Origin: Thermoplasmata archaeon | GTDB taxonomy: Archaea; Thermoplasmatota; Thermoplasmata; Sysuiplasmatales; Sysuiplasmataceae | Direction of reading: 5' to 3' | DNA length: 64,000 nucleotides | Assembly: GCA_021817225.1 (NCBI GenBank) | Contig: JAKAVR010000001.1 | Location: 8,002-72,001, forward strand | Part shown: in pieces, positions 18,896-28,332 of the stretch | Numbering within the stretch: position 1 is the stretch's first letter | Layout of the letters: each line of letters opens with the position of its first letter | The notes under the pieces: model-generated | Told to the model about the DNA's origin: nothing | Seen by the model: only the letters and a program-made list of their open reading frames with translations | The model's database searches: none | Translations under genes and position numbers: made by a program

Positions 18896-19240
18896 TCAGG
18901 AAATCTTCTGGAAAATCTCCGTGATTTCTCTCTCAAGTATGGAGGTGAACTCCTTCGTGACGTCTTCCTTGAGATCGCCCGGAATAAGCTCTATGCCCAC
19001 CCTGGCTGCTATCTTCCCAAGGCGCATGAGGGCATATGTCTCCTTTATTCTCGCCTCGAAGAGGTCCTCCACCGCAATCCTGATCTGTTCCTTCAGCTTC
19101 GGGTCCCTGTCTATCCTGGAATACACCTTCCTCTTGATCTCATCCTTCACTATGTCCTGCATTGCCTGAATGAAAAGGCCCTCTGTGTCAATCAGCCTGC
19201 CTGATTCCCTGGTGAGTTTTGAAATGATATCATCTGGCAA
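18896..19240 (-). CDS. hypothetical protein (114 aa)
   Basis: Fills an otherwise empty 620-bp gap, protein-like charged/helical composition. Confidence 0.4.
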   Translation of the reverse strand: MPDDIISKLTRESGRLIDTEGLFIQAMQDIVKDEIKRKVYSRIDRDPKLKEQIRIAVEDLFEARIKETYALMRLGKIAARVGIELIPGDLKEDVTKEFTSILEREITEIFQKIS

Positions 19241-19394
19241 TTTACCACTACTGCAGCTAATTGGTCTATGATGTACTTCAGCCTTGTCTTTTCTCCTCTA
19301 AAAAACGGGTGTTGGGCACCTCTGGCTGAACAGGCACAGGTTCTCACACCGTGGAGTAAGCTTAATTAACGGAGTGTGGAATGCAAAAACACAC

Positions 19395-20003
19395 ATGGTC
19401 GAAGAGGATTTCTCGAAGCTGAAAATCTACGTAATCGACAACGGGGGCCAGTGGACCCACCGCGAATACCGCGTCATAAGGGACCTTGGCGCCATCGTGC
19501 GCATTGTTCCGAACACGGTCCCGGTCAACGAGATATCCGACGCGGACGGGCTGGTGCTCAGCGGCGGTTCCCCGAGCGTTGGCCTTGAACCTGAAAAAAT
19601 GGGCATTTCGTCGCAGTACCTTGACAAGATCGACAGGCCTGTCCTCGGAATCTGCGTCGGCCACCATTTCATAGCATATCACTTCGGCGGTACCACGGGC
19701 CGCGGCAGCAGTTCCGAATTCGGCAAGGCAGATCTGAGTGTTTCGTCACCGGAGGGGATATTGAGCGGTCTTCCTGGAAAGTTCAGGGTGTGGGAGTCCC
19801 ACCAGGACGAGGTGAAGCGTGTCCCTCCGGGCTTCAAAGTTCTCGCAAGCACCGCCGACTGTTCCGTTGAGGCGATGATGTCGGAGAGCAGGCCAATCTT
19901 CAGCCTTCAGTTTCATCCCGAAGTGGACGAGACGGAACACGGTGTTGAAATCTTCAGGAATTTCCTGCGGAAGGTGGCGGAATGGAAATCAAGAAGGAAG
20001 TAG
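19395..20003 (+). CDS. guaAa: GMP synthase subunit A (class I glutamine amidotransferase)
   Basis: 'KIYVIDNGGQWTHRE' and catalytic 'GICVGHH'. Confidence 0.8.
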   Translation: MVEEDFSKLKIYVIDNGGQWTHREYRVIRDLGAIVRIVPNTVPVNEISDADGLVLSGGSPSVGLEPEKMGISSQYLDKIDRPVLGICVGHHFIAYHFGGTTGRGSSSEFGKADLSVSSPEGILSGLPGKFRVWESHQDEVKRVPPGFKVLASTADCSVEAMMSESRPIFSLQFHPEVDETEHGVEIFRNFLRKVAEWKSRRK

Positions 20004-20227
20004 CTGCCGCAATCGAGGCCACTCTTAACAACAGAAGAAAGGACGAGACATTCGAAAGGGCCCTTGGCAAGTCAATAAGGAAGAGACGCCTTTCCTTTTC
20101 CGATTACGTCGGCGCAATCAGCGAGATAAGAGAAAGGGCAAAGCGTGGCGGGGTGTCCCTGGAGGAGGCTGCCGGCGAGATTGTTTCAGAGGAAGCCGGC
20201 AAGGAGGGCAATGACAAGAAGGACTAG
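19982..20227 (+). CDS. small hypothetical protein (81 aa)
   Basis: Start overlaps the guaAa end by 22 nt. 3' end converges with the next gene. Confidence 0.3.
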   Translation: MEIKKEVAAAIEATLNNRRKDETFERALGKSIRKRRLSFSDYVGAISEIRERAKRGGVSLEEAAGEIVSEEAGKEGNDKKD

Positions 20228-20602
20228 AATCACGACTGCAAGTATCATCATGTATCCCGCAATCTTCCTGTCGCTTCCGAAGATTATGGGGATGGGCCCT
20301 ATGAAAATGACACCCCCGACGCCTTTTCTCACTGCTGTCGCCTGCTCTCGCCTTTCTGCAGAGTGGGGACTTTCCAGGTCAGCATGCTCTTCGATGCCCC
20401 TGCCGAATGAGACTGCAAAAAGGATGAATGCGGCGAAGACAAGAAGCACGGCAATGCCTGCAGCCAGGCCGCTCCCGTATACTACAGGTATGAAAAGGAG
20501 CAGGCCGAAATGAAGCTCACCGAGTCCGACTCCGGCCGCAATGACCGCAGCAGCTGCCGCAAGCATTGAAACGGCACCATACCAGTATGCGCTCCGTCCC
20601 AT
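20186..20602 (-). CDS. membrane protein (about 4 TM)
   Basis: 138 aa, hydrophobic. Confidence 0.45.
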   Translation of the reverse strand: MGRSAYWYGAVSMLAAAAAVIAAGVGLGELHFGLLLFIPVVYGSGLAAGIAVLLVFAAFILFAVSFGRGIEEHADLESPHSAERREQATAVRKGVGGVIFIGPIPIIFGSDRKIAGYMMILAVVILVLLVIALLAGFL

Positions 20603-20704
20603 GGCTTCATACCACTCCCTTCCACGGTAATGAATGTGCCTGTTTCATTCAGCCCAAATGGGCCGAATGCTTCTCCATTCTTCACCATGCGCCACCTTTC
20701 TCCC

Positions 20705-21217
20705 TCAATCGGAAAGCGCTTTTTCCACGACCTCCCTGATCCTTTTCCAGTGCGAGCCCTTCCAGTAGACCCTGCCGCAGGATGAACACATGTAGAAACT
20801 TTCATTCCTTTCCAGCACACCGTCAGGAACAATCGAACTCACATCTTCCCTTTTCTTTATGTGAAGCGTTCCATTGCACTGGCTGCAGCGCATCCTTTCT
20901 TCCTCAAACCTGAGGTTGAACCTGTGGACTACCAGCCTCAGCTGCTCCTCCGGCCTGATGTCATCGACATAGTAGGCGTTTATCCCTCTCCTTTTGACAA
21001 GCTGCTTGTCGCGTGTCAGTACAATCCTTTTCTCCGATTCGGAGATCCTTGCGATATCACCGTCATCACCCGATTTCACATACAGTGTGTCGCAGCCGAA
21101 TATCCTGAGCCAACCGGCAAGCCTGCCTAGCATGTTGTCAGCTATGAACGCCCTTTCCCCTTCTGCTCTCTCACCATGCCTTCCGGTTCCTTCCGTGTCG
21201 TTTCTTCCGTCTCTCAA
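20705..21217 (-). CDS. Mut7-C RNase (PIN-like) domain protein with C-terminal zinc ribbon
   Basis: 'FIADNMLGRLAGWLRIFGCD' and 'CSQCNG...CSSCG'. Confidence 0.6.
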   Translation of the reverse strand: MRDGRNDTEGTGRHGERAEGERAFIADNMLGRLAGWLRIFGCDTLYVKSGDDGDIARISESEKRIVLTRDKQLVKRRGINAYYVDDIRPEEQLRLVVHRFNLRFEEERMRCSQCNGTLHIKKREDVSSIVPDGVLERNESFYMCSSCGRVYWKGSHWKRIREVVEKALSD

Positions 21218-21855
21218 ACAGATCTCCTTTCATATTCGGAGAGGATTCCCTCGCCAGCCCTTCCCACAGAAACAAGGCTGAACCTGGCGAAGTCGCTCTC
21301 ATCCCTGAACCCTTCTCCGTCAGCCAGCGTTGGTGCATCCCTGCCGCCTATTATCACGGGGGAAGTGTAGACCAACAACCTGTCGACAAGCCCCAGCCTT
21401 GCAAGTTCGAAGATTATCTCACCTCCGCCTTCAACAAGGACAGACCTTATCCCCTCCTTGTAGAGCAGGTTCATTGCCTTCGAAATATCGACCTTCCTTT
21501 CTCCGCACCTCAGCATGACTGCATTTCCTATAATCTTCCTGCAGGAAGATGAAGTGATAATGTATGTCCTTCCTCCCTTCAGGACCTTTGCATCCGCGGG
21601 CGTTCTGCCCCTTGAGTCAAAAACGATCTTTGCGCACTTGCTCCCCTTTCCTTCTCTCCTGCTGGTGAGTGAAGGGTCGTCTGCAAGTATTGTGCCCACG
21701 CCAACGGCAACGGCGTCATGCTCCTCCCTGATTCCCATTACCCTTTCGATATCAGTAGCGTCCGAGATTCCTATCCTTCGCCTGCGGACCGTGGATATTT
21801 TCCCGTCAATCGACGCAGCGCAATTGACCGTAACGGCTGGTCTGTCCAAGGGCAC
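21214..21855 (-). CDS. 2,5-diamino-6-ribosylamino-pyrimidinone 5'-phosphate reductase (RibD C-terminal/ArfC type)
   Basis: 'VNCAASIDGKI' and 'LVEGGGEI' riboflavin reductase motifs. Confidence 0.75.
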   Translation of the reverse strand: MPLDRPAVTVNCAASIDGKISTVRRRRIGISDATDIERVMGIREEHDAVAVGVGTILADDPSLTSRREGKGSKCAKIVFDSRGRTPADAKVLKGGRTYIITSSSCRKIIGNAVMLRCGERKVDISKAMNLLYKEGIRSVLVEGGGEIIFELARLGLVDRLLVYTSPVIIGGRDAPTLADGEGFRDESDFARFSLVSVGRAGEGILSEYERRSV

Positions 21856-22069
21856 ACCGTATAACCCGAAGAGCAGGTATCCATTTAATCATTCACACCG
21901 CTTTTGTCGTCTGAAGTCTTGTGCCGCATTCCGGTTCCCGCCAGGCATCGTCAGACAATTGTCAGCTTTGCACATAAGGCTTAAGTAAGAATGACAGTAT
22001 AAGTGTAAACGGGATGCACGTGCGCTGTAAGCTACTTTCTATACCGCAGGGTCGCGACTCAATAAACAT

Positions 22070-23989
22070 GTGGAAGCGGGGCGTCATCCTGTGATAACTG
22101 AAACAGTTCTTTTCTTCCAGTTCGGTATCATTATGCTTCTTGCCTTCATTGGCGCCGGGCTTGCCGCCAGGTTCGGCCAGTCGGTCATACTCGGCTACAT
22201 TGCCATCGGTGCGCTGATAGGTCCGTACATGAGCATAACGCTTTTCGGTTTCACATACAATGGACTGATTCAGAACACCGAGACGGTCAGCTACTTCGCC
22301 AAGATGGGACTCATACTTCTCCTCTTCTTTGTCGGGCTTGAGTTTTCTGTGAGCAAGCTCAAGAAGACAAGGACTGCAGCAACCATACTGGCCATCTTTA
22401 ACTTCGGGATCGATATGTTTCTGGGCATACTCCTCGGCGTTTTGATGAGATGGCCCCTGGAGGATTCATTCTTTCTTGCGGCAATAATAGGGACGGGCTC
22501 GTCCGCGGTTGCTGCAAAGACGCTGATGGAGATCGGCAAGCTCACTGCCCCGGAGACAGACTTCATCATAGGCATGAGCGTCGTGGAGGATTTCATCGCG
22601 ATGCTTCTTCTGACTGTTGCCGGTGGTCTCACAATGACCGCCGGCAATGCGCCGGCCAGCCTCTGGGCCCTGCTTTCTGGCATTGGAATCTTCTATATGT
22701 TCTTCCTGCTCCTCGCTGTCTTTGTCATACCCAGGGTGGTGAAGCATCTCGACGTTATACGGAGCGACGAAATGTTCATCCTCTTTGCCCTTGGCATCGT
22801 GTTTATCTCCGCTGCCCTGGCAGATGCGCTTTATGTTCAGTCGCTGATTGGTGCATTCTTTATCGGAATGGTATTCGCCGAAACAAGCATGACAGACAGG
22901 CTGAAGACCAAGCTCATGTCAATGCGTGATGCATTCGTGGCCATATTCTTCGTCTACTTTGGCATGATGATGAATCCGTCGGTGATGATCATGGTGCTGC
23001 CGATGGTTGCTTTCGCCGTTCCGCTGATGCTCCTTTCAGACATCATAATCACAACAAGCGTCGCAATGCTGATTGGTTTCCCTTCAAGGCACGCGTTCTT
23101 TGTGGGAAGCACCTCTGCTTTCAGGGGAGCAGAGTCAATGCTTTTTGCAAGCGTGGGGGGTAGCTCCCTTGGTGTGACTTATGCCGAGCAGCTTTACGCC
23201 ATAGCCGGTCCTTTCTCCCTCATCATGGACCTTGTCGCTCTTCCCGTGCTCAAGAACTCCTCGAAGCTCGTCGTGAAGCTCTCGAAATATGTTCCCGCCT
23301 ACGTCAGATTCTGTTCCCTTCTCATCTCAAGAACGTTCTCGAAACTCGTGATGCCGCAGCCCCTGAAGATTTATGGCGATGCAAAGAGGTCCACACTTCC
23401 CCTCTGGTCCTTCATCATCTCATGTGCTGTCGCAATCTTCGTGAGCTTCCCTTTCAAGTTAATCCCTATCGGCGTGGCACTTGTCTCCGCATACATGTCT
23501 GTGCGTGTCCTGAGAAAGGATCTCAATTCAGCCATCAGCCTGATCAACTATGCAAACATAGGCGTACCGAGCAGCAAGGGAATTCCGGAGATACTGGATA
23601 TGGTCATCAGGCTTGTATCAGGACTCATGGTCACAACTGTCGCTGTAATAGCAGTGTCAGCGGTATACATCCCCGCATCACTGGGGCCGATAGCACTGTA
23701 TGTCCTGCTGATGCTTCATTCAATGAAGTCGAGCTACAGTGCTCTTTCCAGATTTACCCCACTCTCTTCCCGCACAATGGGAAGCAGGGGATTGCCGCGT
23801 CAGGAGAGTGCAGGAGGCTTCGGCATCGAAAGTCCGACTGTCCCATTCCACAACGCTGGTTTCAGGCAGGGTATTTCTCTTGCGTCAAGGCACAGTGACA
23901 AAGGAGGAGTAGGTTACATCATGACAAAACCCAAGGTCCAGAAGGCAAAAGAATTCCATGATGGCATTTTCCCGCCGCCGCTTAAATGA
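22070..23989 (+). CDS. monovalent cation:proton antiporter (CPA2/Kef-type Na+/H+ exchanger)
   Basis: At least 12 TM helices, 'FVGLEFS' antiporter motif region. Confidence 0.7.
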   Translation: MEAGRHPVITETVLFFQFGIIMLLAFIGAGLAARFGQSVILGYIAIGALIGPYMSITLFGFTYNGLIQNTETVSYFAKMGLILLLFFVGLEFSVSKLKKTRTAATILAIFNFGIDMFLGILLGVLMRWPLEDSFFLAAIIGTGSSAVAAKTLMEIGKLTAPETDFIIGMSVVEDFIAMLLLTVAGGLTMTAGNAPASLWALLSGIGIFYMFFLLLAVFVIPRVVKHLDVIRSDEMFILFALGIVFISAALADALYVQSLIGAFFIGMVFAETSMTDRLKTKLMSMRDAFVAIFFVYFGMMMNPSVMIMVLPMVAFAVPLMLLSDIIITTSVAMLIGFPSRHAFFVGSTSAFRGAESMLFASVGGSSLGVTYAEQLYAIAGPFSLIMDLVALPVLKNSSKLVVKLSKYVPAYVRFCSLLISRTFSKLVMPQPLKIYGDAKRSTLPLWSFIISCAVAIFVSFPFKLIPIGVALVSAYMSVRVLRKDLNSAISLINYANIGVPSSKGIPEILDMVIRLVSGLMVTTVAVIAVSAVYIPASLGPIALYVLLMLHSMKSSYSALSRFTPLSSRTMGSRGLPRQESAGGFGIESPTVPFHNAGFRQGISLASRHSDKGGVGYIMTKPKVQKAKEFHDGIFPPPLK

Positions 23990-24041
23990 CTTCAGCCCCT
24001 GCCTGTTCAGGATATTTCCATCTTGCCCGTGCCCCTGACCA

Positions 24042-24440
24042 TTATCGCTTTCCAGCTGAAAAGAGCATCTGCCCGCCTTTTTCTTCCGCCCCTTCACCGG
24101 CGGACTCGTTGTTTCTCCTCACCCAATCAAGAAGCCCGGCGAGGAGGGTCTTCAGTTCATGACCCTTTTCGGTAAGATTGTATTCGACCCGGGGAGGAGT
24201 TTCAGGATATACTCTCCTGACAAGAACTCCTGCTTTTTCAAGCTCCCGCAGCCTGTCAGAAAGACAGGCTGCGCTGATGCCCTCAATCATTCTCTTCAAT
24301 TCGTTGAATCTCAGGTTGTCCTTCAGTCCCATCGCATGTATCACAGGCATTGTCCATTTCTTGCTGATCTGGTTGAAAAACCCAGAGGCGAAGGCGCACT
24401 CCTTCACCGTTCCCTGATCCATTTCCATCTGCGAACTCAA
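24042..24440 (-). CDS. HxlR-family winged-helix transcriptional regulator
   Basis: 'KWTMPVIHAMG...LRFNELKRMIEGISAACLSDRLRELEKAGVL'. Confidence 0.75.
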   Translation of the reverse strand: MSSQMEMDQGTVKECAFASGFFNQISKKWTMPVIHAMGLKDNLRFNELKRMIEGISAACLSDRLRELEKAGVLVRRVYPETPPRVEYNLTEKGHELKTLLAGLLDWVRRNNESAGEGAEEKGGQMLFSAGKR

Positions 24441-24552
24441 GTAAAATCACTTTATCTGGTATAAGTTTCTTATTTGGTATATAAACTGGAGTATTGCCTG
24501 TACACACTATTTTACTTTCTGCATCAATCACTTTTCCATAGAAGGTGTAAGC

Positions 24553-25062
24553 GTGCGTCATGCCATCTTGACCGATGCAGCCCGGATTGCAGCGGTGCAT
24601 ATGGACTGCTTGCGATCGACATATGGAAACACTGTCGATCATGAAGGGCTGTCAGGCTTTTCCCATGAGTCGATAGCCGCAAGATGGAAGGATTGGATAG
24701 GGGAAAAGAAGACAAATATACTCGTGGCCGAGGTGGACAGGGAGAGCAGAGTAGTGGGATACTGCCAGTCAGGGCCCACCAGGGACAGGGACCCGAGATT
24801 CAGTTCTGAGATATACTCGCTTTACATCCTGAAGGAGTACCAGAGGAGAGGGATAGGAAGGGAACTCGTGAAGCTGACAGCGTCGCAGCTCCTCACCGAC
24901 GGTTTCGCTTCTGTCATGACATGGGTGCTGGCCGACAACCCCGCCAGAAAATTCTGCGAATACCTTGGCGGCACGGTGCTGGGAAGCAGGGCGGTGACTG
25001 TTGGAAATTCGGATCTTGAGGAGATCAACTACGGTTGGAGGGATCTGAAGGTTCTGCTCTGA
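24553..25062 (+). CDS. GNAT-family N-acetyltransferase
   Basis: Acetyl-CoA motif 'QRRGIGRELV'. Divergent from the HxlR gene. Confidence 0.75.
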   Translation: MRHAILTDAARIAAVHMDCLRSTYGNTVDHEGLSGFSHESIAARWKDWIGEKKTNILVAEVDRESRVVGYCQSGPTRDRDPRFSSEIYSLYILKEYQRRGIGRELVKLTASQLLTDGFASVMTWVLADNPARKFCEYLGGTVLGSRAVTVGNSDLEEINYGWRDLKVLL

Positions 25063-25073
25063 CCAGTGCGCCT

Positions 25074-26243
25074 TCAGCTGCCGGCAAATTTCATTACCGC
25101 TGGGCTTGCAGACATCCTTTTCACGGCTTCCTCCACCTTCTCCACAGGCTGTGTAACCGCAAACCTGACGTAATTGTCGCCGCGGAGGCCAAACGCGATT
25201 CCAGGGGTAGCCACTATTCCTGAATCGATCATGGCCCGAACCATGTCGGCGCCATTTCCCTTGACACGCAGCCAGAGGTAGAATGTGCCCATGGGCATAC
25301 GTGCATCGAATCCTGCCCCGTCCAGTCCCCCGACCAGGCGCTTCATTCTTCTCTCAAGCTCTTCCGCATTACTGACCAGCTCCTGCGGCCTTTCCCTGCC
25401 AGTGTATTTCGCCAGGGCTTCGGAACCGGCGGCCTGTATGAATTTCGGAATTCCTGAATCGATCTGCGACTTCACCTTCTTAAGCCCGGATATAAGATGT
25501 GCATCACCAGCAGCGAAGCCAATTCTGAAGCCAGTCATGTTGAATGTTTTGCTCAGTGAATGGAACTCAATTATGCCTTCCCTGGAGTGCTTCGTCTGCA
25601 GCACCGAGGGAGGGGGATTATCGCCGAAATATTGCTCGGAGTAGGCGTTGTCATAGCAGAGTATTGAACCTTCTGCATGTGCCGAATCCACAAATCCGTT
25701 GACATCATCCAGGCTGGCGAATGCAGCAGTCGGGTTGTTCGGGTAATTCAGGTAGACAACCTTCAGGCCCCGGTGGAAGGGCAGCTTTGGAAGGAAATTC
25801 TCGTCCATCTCAAGCCTCACGGGCCTTCCATCCGACAGCAGGGCAGCTCCCTGAGCGTACACAGGATATCCCGGGTCCGGTACACCGACCCTTTCTCCCG
25901 GATCCACAAATGCACGGGCGAAATTTGCCAGCCCCTCTTTTGAGCCTATAAGGGCGCATATCTCCCTGTCCGGATCGAGCTTGACGCCGAACCTTACGTC
26001 ATACCACTTTGCAACCGCTTCCCTGAAGTGCCGCTCGCCCTGGCTGGAGGAGTACTGATGTGACCTCTCCTCATCCAGCGCCCTGACAAGTGTATATATG
26101 ACAGACGAAGGGGGCCTGATATCGGGGTCACCTATGCCAAGGGATATGATATCCACACCCTCCCTCCGCTTCTGCTCCTCCATCCTTTCGAGGTCTGCGA
26201 ATATGTACGGCGGTAGATTCTCGACCCTGCTTGCAATCCTCAC
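25074..26243 (-). CDS. dapL: class I PLP aminotransferase, probably LL-diaminopimelate aminotransferase (DapL) by operon context
   Basis: 'LPPYIFADLERM...ISLGIGDPD', 'SKTFNMTGFRIG'. Last gene of the dapA-dapB-lysA operon. Confidence 0.6.
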   Translation of the reverse strand: MRIASRVENLPPYIFADLERMEEQKRREGVDIISLGIGDPDIRPPSSVIYTLVRALDEERSHQYSSSQGERHFREAVAKWYDVRFGVKLDPDREICALIGSKEGLANFARAFVDPGERVGVPDPGYPVYAQGAALLSDGRPVRLEMDENFLPKLPFHRGLKVVYLNYPNNPTAAFASLDDVNGFVDSAHAEGSILCYDNAYSEQYFGDNPPPSVLQTKHSREGIIEFHSLSKTFNMTGFRIGFAAGDAHLISGLKKVKSQIDSGIPKFIQAAGSEALAKYTGRERPQELVSNAEELERRMKRLVGGLDGAGFDARMPMGTFYLWLRVKGNGADMVRAMIDSGIVATPGIAFGLRGDNYVRFAVTQPVEKVEEAVKRMSASPAVMKFAGS

Positions 26244-27499
26244 TGCTCATCCCTCATGACTGCGGGCGGAACAATCTGCCTTCTCACAAAATCGGTCATC
26301 GTTTCCCTCTCCCTGGTGAGGTACGCCTTTCCTCCGATTATGAATGCCTCCGCCGGCATTGTCCTTGTGTTGTAGTTGCTTGCCATGGAATATCCGTACG
26401 CTCCCACATTCAGGAATGCAAGCAGGTCCCCCGGGGCGAGGTCCGGCAGCTTCCTGTCCCTTCCCATTATGTCAGTGTTCTCACAAATCTGTCCGGTGAC
26501 ATTTGCGACAATCGTCTTCGCCTCATCCATCTTGCCCGCCGGTAGTATTTCGTGGTATGCTCCGTACAGCGCCGGCCTCAGCAGAGTGTTCATGCCTGCA
26601 TCGCAGCCCACGAAATTCTTTACTGCCTTCTTCACATGAGTGACCGATGCAAGAAGCACTCCCGCATCGCATACGATGTATCTTCCGGGCTCAATGAAAA
26701 GGGCGGGGTCCCCCATTGTCCGGGTGGATGCTATCCTCTCCTCAAATTTCGCGACGACCATCTGGGCCACTTCGTCGATAGGCAGCTCACTCTCCTCCTC
26801 CTGGTAAGGCACACCGAAACCCCCGCCGATGTCAATGAATTCAAACTCTATTCCAAGTCCGGAGGAAATCCTTCCGGCTATGTCCATGAGCCTTTCGGTT
26901 ATTGCAGGGAAGTACTCAGGGTCGAGCACGTTCGAGCCGGACATCATATGCAATCCGAACCGCCTTATCCCCGCTTCCTTTGCCCTTCTGTATGCCCTCA
27001 TCGCCTCCTCCTCCATCATTCCGAACTTTGCGTCCGGACCGGCTGTGACGAGGCCCTCGTACTTGCCCTTCCCGGTGCCCGGGTTTATCCTGAATGACAC
27101 CACCCCGGGCCTTCCGAACCTGAGCAGCCTCTCGAGCAGAGGCCCGTCGTCCAGGTTTATGATGGCGCCAGAATCGAAGCCGTAGCTCAGCTCCTCGTCT
27201 GTGTTGTAATTGCCTGAATAAAGCATCCGGCTGCTTTCGAAGCCGGCCATCCTGGCAAGCATTATCTCAGCTGGACATGAGCAATCAGCTCCCGCACCCT
27301 CGCTTCTCAGTATGCTGAGCGTTGTGAGGTTGTTGTTGGACTTGACTGCAAAGTTCAGCCTGAAATTCTTTCTTCTCCTGTAGAATGCGCTGTGGATTCG
27401 CCTGTAGTTTTCCCTTATCCTTCTTTCCGAGTAGGCGTAGAGAGGGGTGCCAAACATCGAGGCGAGCTCTTCCGCAGCAATACCGTCAATAAACATCTT
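26240..27499 (-). CDS. lysA: diaminopimelate decarboxylase
   Basis: Orn/DAP/Arg decarboxylase fold, 'FAVKSNNN', 'GGGFGV', 'EPGR'. Start taken at 'MFIDGI'. Confidence 0.85.
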   Translation of the reverse strand, partial: KMFIDGIAAEELASMFGTPLYAYSERRIRENYRRIHSAFYRRRKNFRLNFAVKSNNNLTTLSILRSEGAGADCSCPAEIMLARMAGFESSRMLYSGNYNTDEELSYGFDSGAIINLDDGPLLERLLRFGRPGVVSFRINPGTGKGKYEGLVTAGPDAKFGMMEEEAMRAYRRAKEAGIRRFGLHMMSGSNVLDPEYFPAITERLMDIAGRISSGLGIEFEFIDIGGGFGVPYQEEESELPIDEVAQMVVAKFEERIASTRTMGDPALFIEPGRYIVCDAGVLLASVTHVKKAVKNFVGCDAGMNTLLRPALYGAYHEILPAGKMDEAKTIVANVTGQICENTDIMGRDRKLPDLAPGDLLAFLNVGAYGYSMASNYNTRTMPAEAFIIGGKAYLTRERETMTDFVRRQIVPPAVMRDEQ

Positions 27500-27561
27500 C
27501 CCTTTTCTGTTCTCAATACAGTCTGCAAACATCAACATAGGCAACGCACCAGCCAGATTGC

Positions 27562-28332
27562 TTAAGCACTTATCAGGTCCGAGAGCGAATACAGGCCATT
27601 CTCGTTCCTGTGTTCAGCCACCCATTCGATAGAGCGGACGATGCCGTCAACAAAGGCAAGGCTGCCCATCGTCGTATGCCTCAGTTCTATTTCCTCGTTT
27701 GGCGCCTCGGCCAGTATCCTGTGTTCCGAACCACCACCCTTACCCGCCCTTACGGAAAGGATCTCCAGCGCAGCCGCATTTCTTGCCCCCGGAGTCAGTT
27801 TTATCGTGAGACCGCCGTAGCGCTCGGAAATCCTTGCTGCCAGATCCTTCGCTGTTCCGCTTGGCGCGTCCTTCTTTGATGAGTTGTGCCTCTCCACTAT
27901 TGAGATGTCGAACAGATCCGGCAGCGGAAACACAAGTTCCACTATTCTTCTGAGAACAGCGATTCCCACCGAGAAATTGCTTTCAAGAACGACAGGTATT
28001 CTTTCTGCAGCCTGTCTTATTGCCTGCAGCTGCGATTCACTGTGACCTGTGGCGGCAATGACGACCGGTGAGCCGGATGCCGCTGCCCTGCCGATTATGG
28101 ACGATGTACCTTCCGGGCTGGAGCAGTCCACAACCACCCTGCCCTCAAGTACGCCTTTGAGCCTGTCTGCGTGAAGCAGGGGCACTTTCCCGTCCTGCAA
28201 GCTGGCCGTTCCGATCGGCGTGCCCCTCGACACTATGCCCGCGGCGACGGTCATGCTCCCGGGCAGGTTTCGCGCAACAGAAGACCCAAGCCTTCCCGCG
28301 AGGCCCACGACGACCAGTTCAGTTCTCTTCAT
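27562..28332 (-). CDS. dapB: 4-hydroxy-tetrahydrodipicolinate reductase
   Basis: 'VVGLAGRLGSSV' N-terminal NAD(P)-binding region and 'ERHNSSKKDAPSGTA' DapB signature. Confidence 0.8.
   Translation of the reverse strand: MKRTELVVVGLAGRLGSSVARNLPGSMTVAAGIVSRGTPIGTASLQDGKVPLLHADRLKGVLEGRVVVDCSSPEGTSSIIGRAAASGSPVVIAATGHSESQLQAIRQAAERIPVVLESNFSVGIAVLRRIVELVFPLPDLFDISIVERHNSSKKDAPSGTAKDLAARISERYGGLTIKLTPGARNAAALEILSVRAGKGGGSEHRILAEAPNEEIELRHTTMGSLAFVDGIVRSIEWVAEHRNENGLYSLSDLISA

Noticed and set aside
18754-18936. N-terminal 61-aa extension of ahcY ORF
   Set aside because: SAHH homology begins at 'MNKELAEKG'. The upstream part is Cys/Arg-rich and would overlap the PfkB-ahcY intergenic promoter region.
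20482-20832. 116-aa minus-strand ORF
   Set aside because: Overlaps the start of the membrane-protein gene in another frame. No motif. Likely spurious.
22450-22929. 159-aa plus-frame ORF inside the antiporter gene
   Set aside because: Alternative frame of a clear membrane transporter gene. Cys/Arg-rich nonsense composition.
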